Shown: positions 27,448-41,975 of the stretch, piece by piece
Position numbering within the stretch: position 1 is the first letter of the stretch
How the letters are laid out: the number at the start of each line of letters is the position of its first letter
DNA from: Octopus sinensis
Lineage: Eukaryota
Direction: 5' to 3'
Assembly: GCF_006345805.1 (NCBI RefSeq)
Contig: NC_043001.1
Location: 85,250,001-85,314,000 of the forward strand
Length of the DNA: 64,000 bases
Notes under the pieces: generated by a model
The model's database searches: none
The model's input: only the letters and a program-made list of their open reading frames with translations
What the model was told of the DNA's origin: nothing
Made by a program: the position numbers and the translations under genes

Positions 27448-28473
27448 TTACCACGGGATATCCTTGTTGCTTATTTTAATTTTATATATATACATACATA
27501 CACACACAAACGCACACACACACACATACACACACACACACACACACAGATATATATATATATATATCTCACCTGTTGGTTTAAAATCACATAGCAACTT
27601 AGACAGTATTATTGCCGAATTCCACTGCCTATATTATTCAATTGCCTTAATGTGAATGCACTATACAATCGCCGTGATGTTGTAGAATTGGTAGCGGGTA
27701 AGTGTTTCGTATATACGCCTAAGCCGAGAGATATCTAAGCAGAGAGATATTGGTAAGAAACCGAAAATATCAAACAGTTGTAGTAGAACATTAGTATCGC
27801 GCGATTTCGGCGCTTTGCGTCCCATCAGCAATCCACATCCACTACAGCATACTGGCTAAATCTCCTCTCTACCGATATATAAAGAAAGAGCGAATATTTA
27901 GTTAGTGGGTGCCTAATGCTGACGAGGCAAAATCACATGAGATGGTAGCTCTACTATCGGTTCTTGTTATCGGTATCATACTGCTTATATGCAATATGTG
28001 TCTATAGGAGAGAGTTTCTTCAAACAAATTCTGCAATAATATGGTACTCAAATAATACAACAATATTGAATAGGATACGGATACTGCCATTCTGCTATAA
28101 TGTACCCTCCGTCCCTAATATCCGTTCTTTCCTCGGCCTGATAGCAACGCCAGTAACCGAACAGCTCCTGTTTTTCTAAAGATCGGTGAAAGGGAAATTT
28201 GGCTCGTATGTGCCAGTAACAGCTTACTGCTGATGAAGAGCAAACAACGGCGAAACCATGTGATACAGTTGTCCACTATCGGTGCTTGACATTTCTCATC
28301 AGCTACCGATAGCCTTGTGCTCATGTGCACTAGCCGTTTATATGAGATCATTTCTGAAGACGAATTGTTGATTTAATTAGTTTTAATTATGTACAGTGGA
28401 AAATGCCTCGTTTTTAGAAGCGTGGTGTGTAATTTGTAGCCTATACGTATACACAGGAGCTTATAAGTATACC

Positions 28474-28543
<70 letters not shown>

Positions 28544-28615
28544 ATACACAAACATACAAGCGTACACTTATAGGCCCAGAAACCCACAAACTGTCTGTTA
28601 GATATGCATATGAAT

Positions 28616-28654
<39 letters not shown>

Positions 28655-29452
28655 TTCTTTCTCACTCTCGTAATTACAAAATCGTCATAAAGAATTATAA
28701 ACACCAAAAACGATTAATCTTTTCCGCAATTGGAATTCACATTTGGATATAGAACTATTGAGATATCTTCTCTCGAATAGAATATATAATTTTAAATTTC
28801 CTTATAGCTTTTCTTAAAACAACAACACTTTTCAAAATATATTCAAAGGACTTTTTTTCTTCTGGTTCTGTAAAATTATTTCATTTTTATAAAATACCAG
28901 ATTTCAATGTTTATACTTGCTTTGGGTTTGCTGTTATATTATAACTAGTTCTGCAGTAATGTATTTCATGCATAATTCATAATATTATTATGTATATTTG
29001 TTGAAGATATAGTGCTGATAAAATAATAGTATTTCCACATATATACGTATTGGTTTTAGATTTTGTGCTCCTTGGTTTTAACTTTTGTATTGTTTGGATT
29101 TAATTTTTGTGTTGTTGTTCCTGTCACATAGTTTAGAAGATAACTTTCATTATATTCAGTTGGAATGTAAATAAGTTTACAGATGACAAAAGACAAAAAG
29201 AATATAGAGTAAGATTCACACTGAGGTATACCAATTCTAAGTATAACAAAACAACGGCGTTGTACAGTGGCATCGTCCAGAAATCTTTGATTTCTATTCT
29301 TGTTCGGTGTTGCGAAAATTCATCTCTCTCTTTTTGTTGTTGTTTGTTCCTTCACGAGCCATGCCTGGTTCCTAAGGGACGGTTTCCCGGTTTCATTGGC
29401 GTATAGGTTCCACACCTGTACGGGACGCGTGTCCGCCATAGCTCTCTCCCAT

Positions 29453-29587
<135 letters not shown>

Positions 29588-30444
29588 AGCAAAACATTCA
29601 AAAACTGAGATTTGAACACAGATGTCACTACTGTTCATATCATCTTTGGATAAATTTTAAAATTGATGATATCACCAGCAGTGACATAGGTGGGTCGCAG
29701 GCGTAATAGCATAAAATTGCTATGAATTATAAATTTGCACGAAGCGGAATGATGCTTAACAAGCAACTACCTGCTAGAAATAAGACCTAAAGTCTTAAAT
29801 TAATCCACCGTACCACACCAAGATAAGAGAGAAAAACAGTACCTACCTATCTATCTATCTGAAGTTTGCTTCACGACCCCGTAGTTCCGGGTTTAGTCCT
29901 ACTGCGTGGCACGTTGAGCAAGTATCTTCCACTGTAGGCTCTGACGTTTGTGAGTGGATTCGGTAGACAGAAACTGAAAGGAACTCATCGCATATATGCA
30001 TATACGTGTGTGTTTGTGTTTGTGTGTGTATGTGTGTATGGTGTGTATGTGTGTATGGTGTGTATGTATGTATGTCTTTACGTCTGTGTCTTAGTTTAGT
30101 GTCTGGGTTTTTTCACTGTCACCGCTTAACAACTGGCAGTTCGGCAAAAGAGAACCGAGAGAGTAAGTAGAAGGGTTTAGATATCTAAGTCCTGGAGACG
30201 ATTTGTTTGACTCAAACCCCTCAAGGTAGTAACCCAGAATGGCCGCAATCAAATCACTGGAACAATTAAATAACAAAGGATAATATATATATATATAAAA
30301 TCTACAGATGGAGAAGGACAAACTACCACCATGTTCTTAATGATGAAATTAACCTCTCTGTCGATATATTTACCCTCTATGTAATGTTGGCAAATGAAAT
30401 AAGTATAAAAATGTGCATTGTCCGTTTAATTAAAAAATTCTATA

Positions 30445-30532
30445 TGTGGCTGAAGATTGCTCGACATTTTAAAACTGATGTAATACTTACAGTGTTTAAT
30501 AAAATGAAGTAGCACGAAACGATTGTACTACA
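30445..30532 (+). ncRNA. Type I hammerhead motif, family X copy 3
   Basis: UGUGG CUGAAGA uUGCU...AGCAc GAAAC gauu GUA CUACA; stem I pairs fully (one G-U). Confidence 0.7.
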
Positions 30533-30562
30533 CTACCTTGGATATCCTTGTTGTTTATTTTG

Positions 30563-30608
<46 letters not shown>

Positions 30609-30611
<3 letters not shown>

Positions 30612-32018
30612 TACATATGTGGGAAATTCTGCCTGTGAGTGTGTTTGTTTGCGGAGTTGTTTGCTAACTCCTATTTCGTTTTATCGATTTTGATGAAACT
30701 TGACATGAGAGTGGAACTCATGTCTGGAAACCTCATAGCATACCCAGATTGTTGGAAATATCCATATTAGTATCCCTGAAAGGGATCCTTATATATAACT
30801 AATGCATTTTATTTTAACAGCCAAGGGAAATAACCATTCATTTTCCTATATTATTTGGTTTAAATCAAATTGAGTATATTTATTTCTTAGTATTTGTACT
30901 GTTACAGTTGTTTTCTCAATCTATCCTCTACAACCCTTACACAAATAAATAATATTTTCCTAAGCAATTGATCCAGCTTTTTCGGTTAATGACTTATTCA
31001 CGAATATACTATAAATGACGATTCCTTTCATGTCACTTCAGCCAATTGACAAGCGCTGCATGAGGAACTGTTCTGCTTTTAGCCAAATGCACCGTCAACA
31101 CAAAAGCCACACCCTGTGTACATGTAGGAACACCTTCTTAAAATCTACCTGTACACCTTGAAAATGGCCAGCGTATATATCTCACAGGAGACAATGCTTG
31201 AATCCATGAGAAACCACTTTGACAGCTTTCTTCAAATTATGCCAATGTGATCTATTTTCCCGAACACTGTTGTATGTAGAGGTACCCGTGTACTATACCG
31301 GCGCATACAATAGAGCAAGGTACACGCATTGAGGGCTAGGAAGAAGAAGCAGTCTTCAGAGGAGGGAGAGTATACACTGTGCACCCTAATCAGCAGGAGT
31401 GCTTCTATCTGCATCTACTGCTACACACTGTCAGAAGTCCTACATCATTCACAGTCTTTCGAAGACACAATGGGATGTCTGCATGACCTATAGAGAAGCC
31501 TGCACCAAATATGGACTACTGGAGGACGATGCTCACTGGGACCAGATATTGGAGGTGTCAACAGTCATCAAAATTCTAAGTCAACTGCGGCAGCTATTTT
31601 CTATCATGTTGATGACATCTGGCTTGCGTGAACCTCACAGGCTCTGGGTGATCCGCAGAACCATCATGGCAGAGAACATCTAGAAAGGACTCAATTGCAA
31701 ACCTCAGCGGAAATTGCCACATTTCAATAACACCATTTACAGTGAGGCATTACTTGACCTGGATACCCTAGGGAAAGCTATAGGCAATTCTACATTTGGT
31801 TATTACATAACTGACTTCACAATTTGGGTATTCATAACTTATTGCGAATTCCTAAGACAAGATCCTGTGTGAGACAGTTCGGTATTCTCTGTAAATGCAC
31901 AAAAACCGTTGTAAGGGTTACATACACTATGTATCATTGTTATTGGATTAGCGAAATATGAAAACGGAACCAGGGGATAAGCCCCGCTTTACCTGGAATT
32001 ACCGGGTACGTCAGCGAG
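30609..32018 (+). mobile_element. Internally deleted Helitron with RepHel fragment and both ends
   Basis: LPVHLENGQRIYL, ETTLTAFFKLCQ...LLYVEVPVYYT, GRVYTVHPNQQECFYL, TYREACTKYGLLEDDAHW...QLRQLF; 5' tgtttgtttg...CGATTTTGATGAAACTTG; 3' hairpin TACCTGGaattaCCGGGTA then GCGAG|T (decayed CTAG). Confidence 0.88.
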
Positions 32019-32054
<36 letters not shown>

Positions 32055-32469
32055 ATATATGTATACATGTACATATGCATATGTGTGTTTGTGTGTATTT
32101 ATATCAATAGTTCCATATTATAAGCTACTCTGCAATAATTTTTTTCTATTTTCGTTATTTACGTGACTCTAAAATAAACCTTTGCTTACATAATAAGCCC
32201 TGTTTTTTTCTGAGACTCACAGTTATTGTATAAATTCAACTGCAATTCATTCAAATTAACTTTAGATTATTGCAATATACTATGGAAAACTTTTATCTTT
32301 TACCTGATTAATAGTATCAATTCTTATGTCGGTTTATATCATTAACAAAAGCGATTTTATTTTTTTGACAAGAGATAGTGAAATACATGAAACCTTACGA
32401 CATGATGTTGAAGTAAACTGTACTAAATTTTCACTAAAGATTATAAACAAGTATCTTAATCAAATATTT

Positions 32470-33920
32470 AAAGCTGGATTCAAAGCATTATGCAAAGCAG
32501 CAGATATTATTTTCGCCATGCGATACCTGCAAGAGAAATACCTTGAACAACTTCAACCGTTGTCATGACATTTATTGATCGTTCTAAGACGTTTGACTCA
32601 GTTTCAAGAGAAATCCTGGCATACATCTTACTTATCTACGGATACCTAGAGAAATACATTCTGATTCTTCGTCTTCTCCATGACAACATGCGAAGCATAT
32701 GCTAATCAACGAAAATGACATTCAAACATTTCCAGTAAATTCACGAGTGAAAAAATGATACGTCATAGTTCCCGCAATTTCTACCGCCTTCATTGCCTCC
32801 ATCACTGAAATTATCAGTGGTGATCTTCTATCAGGAACTGAAATTATTTATCGAACCGGTGGCAAGTTTATCAGTTTTGCCCGAATGAGGTCCATAAACA
32901 AAAAGCTCCTTCATCGAGATTCAATATGCTGACGACAACAGCATTGTAGCACTATCCGAAGAAAATGTGTAACAAATTCTCAATGACTTCGAACAAGACT
33001 AGAAAAACCTAGGACTCACCATCAATTGGAAGAAAGACATGTCATCTTCCAACCATCACTACTCGAGGCAAACAGAGCGCAACCAACCACTGGAATCGAG
33101 AACGCAGTCCTAGAGAGCGTGAATTATTTTCCATATCTAGGAAGTCGTCTCTCCTCATGCTGACATCGATGCCGAAATCCAGCATCATTCTCAAGAGTTT
33201 CATTGCTGCCTTGGCCGTCTCCGAACGACATTTTTCCAGGATTGGGACATTCGAACTGACAGAAAAACAAACAATGGTATACAAAGCAGTGGTCATCTTC
33301 ACGCTCATGTAAGCATCCGATATATAGACTACGTACTGGATACCTTTAAAAACTGTCGAAAGGTACCACCAACTCTGCCCTCTAAGTATTCTCAACATCT
33401 GTTGCGAAGATAGAAGGACAAACATCAGCGTGTTGGAAGAAGCCAACATGACCCTCATTGAATCTATCATCATCCAGAAATAGCAGAGAGATAGAGTGGT
33501 CTCGTTGTCCATACGAAAAACAACCGCCTTCCCAAGCAGCTCCTCTACTCAGAGCTAAAAAAGGAAAACGAAGCGGAGGGCAAATGAAAAGATTCAAAGA
33601 TGTCCTGAATGCCAATTTCAAGAAATGTGATATTGACACTGAGAAATGGGATAGAAATACTCGGTATTGAGAATGCCTGAATTTCATCATCAAAGAAGGA
33701 GTAACTTTTTAGACTAGTAAGATTGCCGAGTAAGAAGAAAAGAAGAGGCGCATAAAAGATAGACCAAAAAGGGACCATCCATCCAGAGCCTCCTTTCCCA
33801 CTTGTGGAAGGAGCTTCGAAGCAGCAACTGGACTCACCAGTCACTTCAGGATTCATAAATAATGTTAAAAATAATAGAAATCATCATCTACGACCTTGGA
33901 GGATAGCCACGACGACGATA
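32470..33920 (+). mobile_element. 5'-truncated decayed RTE-clade LINE
   Basis: DIIFAMRYLQEKYLEQLQPL, FIDRSKTFDSVSRE, IQYADDNSIVA, FPYLGS, RLPKQLLYSEL, KRFKDVL, C-terminal PTCGRSFEAATGLTSHFRIH zinc finger, short (ACG)n tail. Confidence 0.9.
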
Positions 33921-34748
33921 AACAGATATAGAGGAACACCAAGCAGTGTCACATGTTTGAAGTTTTTACCATATCCGTCCCTGATAGAGCTCTGCTAAGA
34001 CTATTGCTATTTCATATGTAATTGCTATCATCGCTATTGTAGTTGTTGTTATTGTAAATATTGATTAATATGTCGTATTTTTATTTTCGGCATAATATTG
34101 AATGAAGGGTTAACACGTTATGGGCTATGGGGAAAAATTGAGCGTATAGTTAGTATGAATATGACAGTCATTTAAAGCAGCACAAGAAATACAGTAAAAA
34201 TAACGACGATAGTAACAGCCGGAGCAACAGTAGCAACAACAACAACACATGTTTATTGTTTCAAATTTTGGCACAAGGCCAGCAATCTCAGGACAAGGGG
34301 TAAGTCGATTACATCGACTCAGTGCTCAACTGGTACTTATTTTTCGATCCCGAATGGATAAAGGCACAATCGAGCTCAGCAGAATTTGAACTTAGAACGT
34401 AAAGATGGACGAAATTCCGCTAAGCATTTTACCCGTCATGCTAATTTTCTGCCAGCTTGCCGCTTAAGTAAAAATGCCAACAAATATGTTCTGCTGCCAG
34501 TAATTACACATGTGACAAGCGGCCTCATAACAAGTGTAGTATATGACGATAACGCATTTAGGGCTATTCATCCAGCTCCGGAAATTCCATCCTCCAACTC
34601 GTCATCGGTTCTAGTATTTCATGAGATATTATCAGCTTTTCGCAGAACTTCGCATTCCTAATTGAGGGTCTTGTTAGGCCACGAAAGTAAGTAGAAAATC
34701 CATCCCAAACAGTTCAGTGAAGTAGTACTAAAATGCAGCACCTACTTA

Positions 34749-34915
34749 GATATATGGACTACGTACTGGGGATCTTTAAAAGCTGTCGAAAGGTACCACC
34801 AACTCTGCTGTCTAAGTATACTCAACATCTGTTGCGAAGAAAGAAGAACAAACATCAGCGTGTTGGAATACTCCAACATGACCTTCATTGAATCTATCAT
34901 CATCCAGAAACAGCA

Positions 34916-34980
<65 letters not shown>

Positions 34981-35068
34981 CACGATGAAAAAAAAAACAC
35001 CTTCCTAAGCAGCTTCTCTACTCAGAACTAAAAAAAGGAAAACGAAGAGCGGAGGGCAAATGAAAAGC
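34749..35068 (+). mobile_element. Second RTE fragment homologous to 33319-33591
   Basis: Near-colinear match, interrupted by an expanded (GA)n. Confidence 0.85.
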
Positions 35069-36320
35069 TGATCCACCCCGCCAAAAAAAAACGCAAAAGA
35101 TTTGTGAATTTGTTGCCGCGTTGCACCGATGCTATCAGGACCCATCGAATAGCTTTCGTTCCACTAAATTTTACAGCAAGAGCCCGAGCTCAGACAATAT
35201 ATTTTTCATGTATAGCGTTGAAGAATCACAGAAGGGCTGTTCTTGCCGTTTCTTCAAGGCTGCTAACTAGTACATCCTCTACACGAGAATTCGTTATCAG
35301 AATTATCTGTTTTTGGAGGGGGGTTTTCAAGCAAGTGATTTATTAAGGAAGGCAAAAGCAACTGAACACAAACACGTCGGAATATTCCTAACCCAACGTA
35401 CCTAAAAGCACTAAGAATCGCAAATGAGTTGCATCAAAACACAGAACAAGGTATTGTATAGCGGACAAATTTGAAGGCTGCTCCTTCCAAATAAATCTTA
35501 TTGATCAGTAAGGATTTTACCACACATTACATTCTTTGGAAATTATATATGTATATATCTATGTTTCTGTTCTCGCCAAATCGAGTTTGAATTATTTAAA
35601 ATAATCACACAGGATTTGAAGTATACGTGTATACAGCTGGGATACTGAAAACGTCTTCACTACTCCGTTTAGCGTCGGTAGACACACTTAAGTTAGCCCC
35701 TTGTGTTTTACCTAACTTTTTTCCAGTCAGTAGCTATTTTGTTAATTTCGAATTGAAAATACTTTCCACTCGAGAATTAGGATTTTTTTTTATCCTTAAA
35801 TGATGAAAAGAAACAAAATAAATATGAACTTCCCATTTTATGGAGAAGTTCTGCATAAATATATATATATATATATATATATTTCTACATAATTTCCTCG
35901 AGTGAAATTCCAAAATACTACGTGCTAAAAGAGGACACGCCTCGCTATAGCATGATCAAATAATAATAATTATAATTACAGTTCCGTTTACGATAGGCAT
36001 AAGGTCTGATTGGAGGACGGTGCTCAACTGATAATTATTTCATCGAGCCGAAAGGATGAAAAGTAAAGTTGATCTCGGACGTAAAACCGGAAAAAAATGC
36101 CGCAAAATATTTGGTCCGGTGCAGTAACGATTCTAGTATAGTAGTAATGCCTTGCACAATTTCGTACGTTATTACGTTCTGAGTTCAAATGCCGCCGAGG
36201 CCGAATTTGCCTTTCATCATTACGAAATCGATAAAAAAAGTACCAGTCAAGAACAGGTGTTGATTTAATCGACTATCTCCCTTACTCCAATTTGAGACCT
36301 TGTGCCTATACTAGAAAGGA

Positions 36321-36322
<2 letters not shown>

Positions 36323-36393
<71 letters not shown>

Positions 36394-36441
36394 CGCAGTA
36401 GCAGCAGTGGCAGCAGTAGCAGCAGCAGCAGCAGCGGCAGC

Positions 36442-36473
<32 letters not shown>

Positions 36474-36502
36474 AATTATTATTATTATTAGTAGTAGTAG
36501 TT

Positions 36503-36538
<36 letters not shown>
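36323..36538. repeat. Compound (ATT)/(AGT)/(AGC) microsatellite at a SINE tail
   Basis: Direct reading; similar tract at 9173-9345. Confidence 0.9.
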
Positions 36539-36875
36539 TGATGTTGTTGCTCGTTTATGTTGCTTTCTGGTGTAATATATACATAGGAGCAACATTTTAC
36601 AAAGAGAATCGCGTTTTAATGTGTGTTACATGAAAACAGACGCAAAATTGTTCTAATATATGCAAATGCAATAGAATTAAAATTTCTTTGTGAGGGAGAA
36701 GGTAGTGATTGTCAGATTCTGTACTTGAGAGGGAGGACATCATTGGAGTTTTGAGTAGGGTTGTGACTGGTGATGCTCTGGAAATACAAATTCTTGGAAA
36801 AAGTTGCTGTCTCTCTCTCTTGCTCTCTCCACAAGTGTTTTTTTTTAATTCTCTCCCTGTTTATTTTCTCTTATT

Positions 36876-36913
36876 CCTTTCTGTTGAAGAGCGTAGGCTC
36901 GAAACGTAAAAGA
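36876..36913 (+). ncRNA. Variant minimal hammerhead motif, family Y
   Basis: ccuuu CUGUUGA A GAGC guag GCUC GAAAC GUA aaaga; palindromic ACGU stem III. Confidence 0.5.
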
Positions 36914-38536
36914 TATATGTATATATTTCTGTCTCTGTCTGTCTGTCTCTTCCCAGATGTCATCAAGAGAGCCATAGATGAAATGGTTTCTCGAAGTTGT
37001 AGCTTATCAATGTCGCGTGCTTTATGTCACATCCGAAATTAAATCGAATCTACTAGTTTGAGTTATATACAGATTGTGTAGAAATTATCTGATGGTCTGC
37101 AATTGCGCCTCATAAATAGAATTCGAATTGTACATTAGAAATAATTTTATAATAAAATGAAAGCATTAACAATACAAAAAACAGAGAAAAATATCTATTG
37201 CTTTCGTTGCCACGTCTGGGCAAATTTCTTTTTACCTAGCACTGTGGAAAGTTTTTTTCTTATATCTATACATCAATAAAAGGTCCCTCCCCTCTGGACG
37301 AAAGGCCGCAGCTTCTGACGTTTAAACAATATACTACGTTATGAAAAGCGCGACCACATCTGCTGGCCATTGAAAATGCACTTAAGATGCCATGGCCTTA
37401 GAATATGTCAGTGCATTATAAATCATACACAGCCATCCACGCACCAGATGTTACATAACTCTTAACGCCATTGTCCCAGATCTTAATATATTATATTCTG
37501 CTCTACTATTCCACTGATGGAACGTTGTGAAACGGTTAAAATGCTTCGCTCATGATTCTGAGCTCATAGACTCGATTCCTAGCCCTTGGACAAGACACAT
37601 TGTTTCAAGTTACTATATTCTGCTCAGCTGGAAATCACTCACAGTCGACCTCTGGTACAGCTTTGTCTCTGTCTCACATGTTCTCCCTCTCTACCCTCCA
37701 GCAATCAAATCCTCAATATTCCGTCAGGGCAAGCGAGACGGAACCCATAGTATACGTCCTCGCGACTATATAAGCATCTATAACAATAAGTGAAAGCGCG
37801 ATAGATACTAAGGCTACCACGTGATATTAGCTTGCTTCTGACTAATCATTTACCATTATCGTTAAGAAAGTCAGCTCAAAACAAAAGATAATCACTGCGT
37901 TACAACTATTTATAAAATATTCTTTTTGTTTTGTCCGAGGCATTTTCTTTTACCTTTCTATAAATTATTGATATAATTTGGTTTTCCTTATGCCACATTT
38001 GAAGATATTTCTTTCTTTTGTATAACCCAACGTGCGTTTCGTTAAGAATAAGTGTCGAGTGCCAAAATTATAACAAAGCTACTGAAGCCTTCTTTTGGCA
38101 ATCTTTTCTTGTGAGATGATATTTACTATGTCCAAACCGTGAAATTAGAAAATTGCTTTTTAAATACAGATTATTTTATTTCAAACATTCAATTAATATA
38201 CGTACACAAACACAAACACATACACACACATACACCACACAGATATATATATATATACATACATAAATATATATATATATATATATATATAGATATATAT
38301 ATATATATCATGCATATATCGGCAGTCAGGTGTATGTATATATCAATATATCAGTATGTGTGTGTCTATGCATGCATGTATGTATGTATGTATAAATATA
38401 CATACATACACACATTCATAATATAGCTATATCCACATATGTCTATAGAATTATATATACATACAAATACATATATACATATATGCATACATAGCCACAT
38501 ACATACATACGTACATACGTATACACACACACACAT

Positions 38537-38588
<52 letters not shown>

Positions 38589-38654
38589 ATATGTGTGTGT
38601 GTATACATATATATATGTATGTATATGTATTATATATATGTATATATATGCATG

Positions 38655-38713
<59 letters not shown>

Positions 38714-39015
38714 CATATGTATGTATATATATATATATATATATACATATATATACATTTGTTTTCTGTCTTTTTCTTGTATTTATTTTCTGATTAGGTT
38801 TTGTTAATTTAATTTTTTTTCACTAAGAATACCTCCAATTAAATGACGATCCAGGTACAAAAGCAGTCAGCCAGTACATTTAATGACATTGGTAACTATA
38901 CTACACGGAAAATTTTAAGAGCAGAAGAATAGCAAAAAAGAATAAAACGAAGCTAGGTGTGGTGGGGGCATTCTTTTGTCAAGAAATACATGTGTAATCT
39001 TCATTTTCACATTCA

Positions 39016-39029
39016 TATAAATATATAAA
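39016..39029 (+). promoter_or_regulatory. Candidate TATA box(es) of S-crystallin gene B
   Basis: TATAAATATATAAA about 200 nt upstream of the ATG in otherwise non-repetitive sequence, followed by an A/C-rich 5'UTR-like stretch. Confidence 0.5.
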
Positions 39030-39218
39030 TACGCATAAGAATTCACATATTCACAGAGTAGAGTAACGTGATTTCACCAGATCTCCCGGGCTCCTGATAT
39101 TAGTTATAGATAAACATCACCAACACTCTATAGCAAAACAACAGTAATACTACAAAAGCGAACCACGTTAAAGCTACCTGCAACTTCAAAGATAACAACA
39201 CTAAAACATATTCCAAGT

Positions 39219-39351
39219 ATGCCGTCCTATACTCTCCACTATTTCAACCATCGTGGCCGCGCTGAGATCTGCCGTATGCTGTTTGCAGCTGCTGGTGTTC
39301 AGTATAATGACCGCAGAATTGAAGGTTCAGTATGGAAGGATATGCGAAGCA
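39219..39351 (+). CDS. S-crystallin B exon 1
   Basis: ATG...CGA AGC A|gtaagt; [44 protein letters not shown]; sigma-GST YF..RGRAE motif with catalytic-position Tyr8. Confidence 0.97.
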
Positions 39352-40339
39352 GTAAGTGCATAAATTATATATTCTTTTATTCTTCTACATCTTTCATTCA
39401 TTCCACTACTGTCATGATTATGCACCGTCTTGATTCAGTCGATCAATTCATTGAGTATTCATTGTTTTGAAGTTTCAAACATATTCTCTCGGCATTTTGC
39501 TGCCGGGATGCTAGTTTACGGGGACGTAAACAAACCAACATAGTTTCACAAGTGATGGGAATGCACACACTCTCATCGTATATATTCTCGTAAAACGCAT
39601 TGGTCTGCCTGGGACTTGACTTACCCAAGGTGCCACGCAGTGTGACTGAATTTGAAGCAAAGTGATTAAAATGCGAACTTGTTATGCAAATGCAATGTCG
39701 ATAAGTATATATACACACATGCATTGTTTGTATACACATATATGTTCACACACACATACAAACACACACATAAATATACATGTGGCGTGTGCTTTTGTGT
39801 ACATATGTATATTGCCGAGTTGTATATTCCCGGTTGTGAAATATAAAGGGTCAGGATGTTAAGGATGATTTTTCGTCGACTGTTCCGCTAGGAATTATTG
39901 ATGACAAGAAACGAATAGTATCTTTTATTTTAGAGTTAAATATGTAGTCCTGGTTCGCTCGATAAAAATGTACCCCAATGAATAAGAGGCAAAATTTATA
40001 TTTTCCCTCAAAGAATGAAGTACTGCCTTTTTATGGAATGATGTCATCTGTGGTTGACGACTCAGCTGTGCATATGTACATGCTTCCAGTTCTCCAGTTA
40101 GAAAAGGAAGACAAACAAGTTTCAAAATGAATTTTATCTCATGAGGGCAGCAAATAATTGTTTTGCTGTTTGAGGTCAGGGAAGTAGCGAACCGGGTGTA
40201 TGTTTTAGAATGGTATTGCCCCTGCCCATACAAAGCAAGCAGCGTCTACTACCACTCAGATGTATCTCAGACTGTTCCAAGCAGTTTTCAGTTGTTTTTG
40301 TAACGGTGTTTCTTCCGCCTTTTATCTATCTATCTATCC

Positions 40340-40492
<153 letters not shown>

Positions 40493-41845
40493 GCTAATGG
40501 CATAAATTTGCAGCTCCTTTTGATTCCAAAAGGAGAATTATGAATATTTAGTCTGGCCTGAATTAAGCTCTCCTGGGCACCAACATATTCCTATGTGTGT
40601 CACTCCCTTGCTTTTATCGGGTTACACCAACTGCTGTGCGCCATATGTGTACTTACTGTTAAATCTACATGAAGCAGTTTTTCTAGTTTTTAATACAAGG
40701 AACATGGGGCACTTATGTTATGTCTTTTAAATAATTTCCTGTACATATGATACTGTGTAAAATGCCTGTCCACTTATCAAAGGAAGGCTCTTCTGACGTA
40801 GGATTTTCACGTTAATTGTGAAAGATGAAAAACCCAAAGGAGTTTCAGGCGGCGATTTTTACTGTGGCTGTTGAGACAACGCATAGAGGTGATGCACTCC
40901 TTAAACGCACAGACTGCTAACACCTACTGTAATTGGATTGCGCTGCGTCAAATCCCTTTTTTTCGGGGATACATTTAAAATGCTCCAACTATATTCATGG
41001 TGAGTAAGTGTGAGTGTGTGCGTGTGAGTAGCAAAAGCGTGTGTATGTGTGCGTGATATGCAGGCGTTGGTATATGGTTTTGTACCTGTAATTTGTATCC
41101 TTGATTGTGGATAGATGTGAAAATTCTTCGAAGTGCATGGAAAACAGAAGTGTAATTACTGTCACTGGACACACAAACACTATACACTGCAAATCTTCCG
41201 GTAAGAGTGCATTGGGAAATAGGGAGTTTTACACGACAAAACCAGCATCTGATGAGGTGCTTTAAAATATACATACATAAATTCATACATGCATAAATAT
41301 ATATCCATAATATGAGGGATTATTTTTCCAAACTTACAGGTAAAAATTCAATTTAGAAATACTAAATCAAATTTCACAAAATATAATGTATATACATAAA
41401 TTAGAAAAAAAACCCCACCGTATATCAATTCAATAATAAACAATTAAATTATGCATTTAATATTTCTATGAGATGTAATTTTTCTAAGTGGTATAATTTA
41501 ATTTTCATTATTGAATTGATAAAAGGTGTTTTTTTCTAATTTATATATATATAAATATATATATATAAATATAAATATATATATAAATATAAGAACATAG
41601 ATATTGTGTCGTACAGCTAGCTAGAAATGATGCTTTCCTGGTCTACACAACAGTAGCAATCGTCCCTTTATGGACCTACTCATTACTGGCACTAGACACA
41701 TAAACACTAAACATTGCGAATCTTCCTGCATATCATGCACACATACACACGCTTATGCCACACACTCACACTTAGTCACTATGAAAAGGCAAACAGCCTT
41801 TACTTTAAACAACTGTCAATGAATATAATAATAATATTTCGATTT

Positions 41846-41889
<44 letters not shown>

Positions 41890-41941
41890 TATACATTTAC
41901 ATGTGTGTGTGTTTGTGTGCATTTGTGCGTGTGTTTGCAAG

Positions 41942-41975
<34 letters not shown>

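Noticed and set aside
38820-39060. AP-1/antioxidant-response element as described for squid crystallin promoters
   Set aside because: Only partial TGAC words are present; no TGA(C/G)TCA or TGACnnnGC match seen
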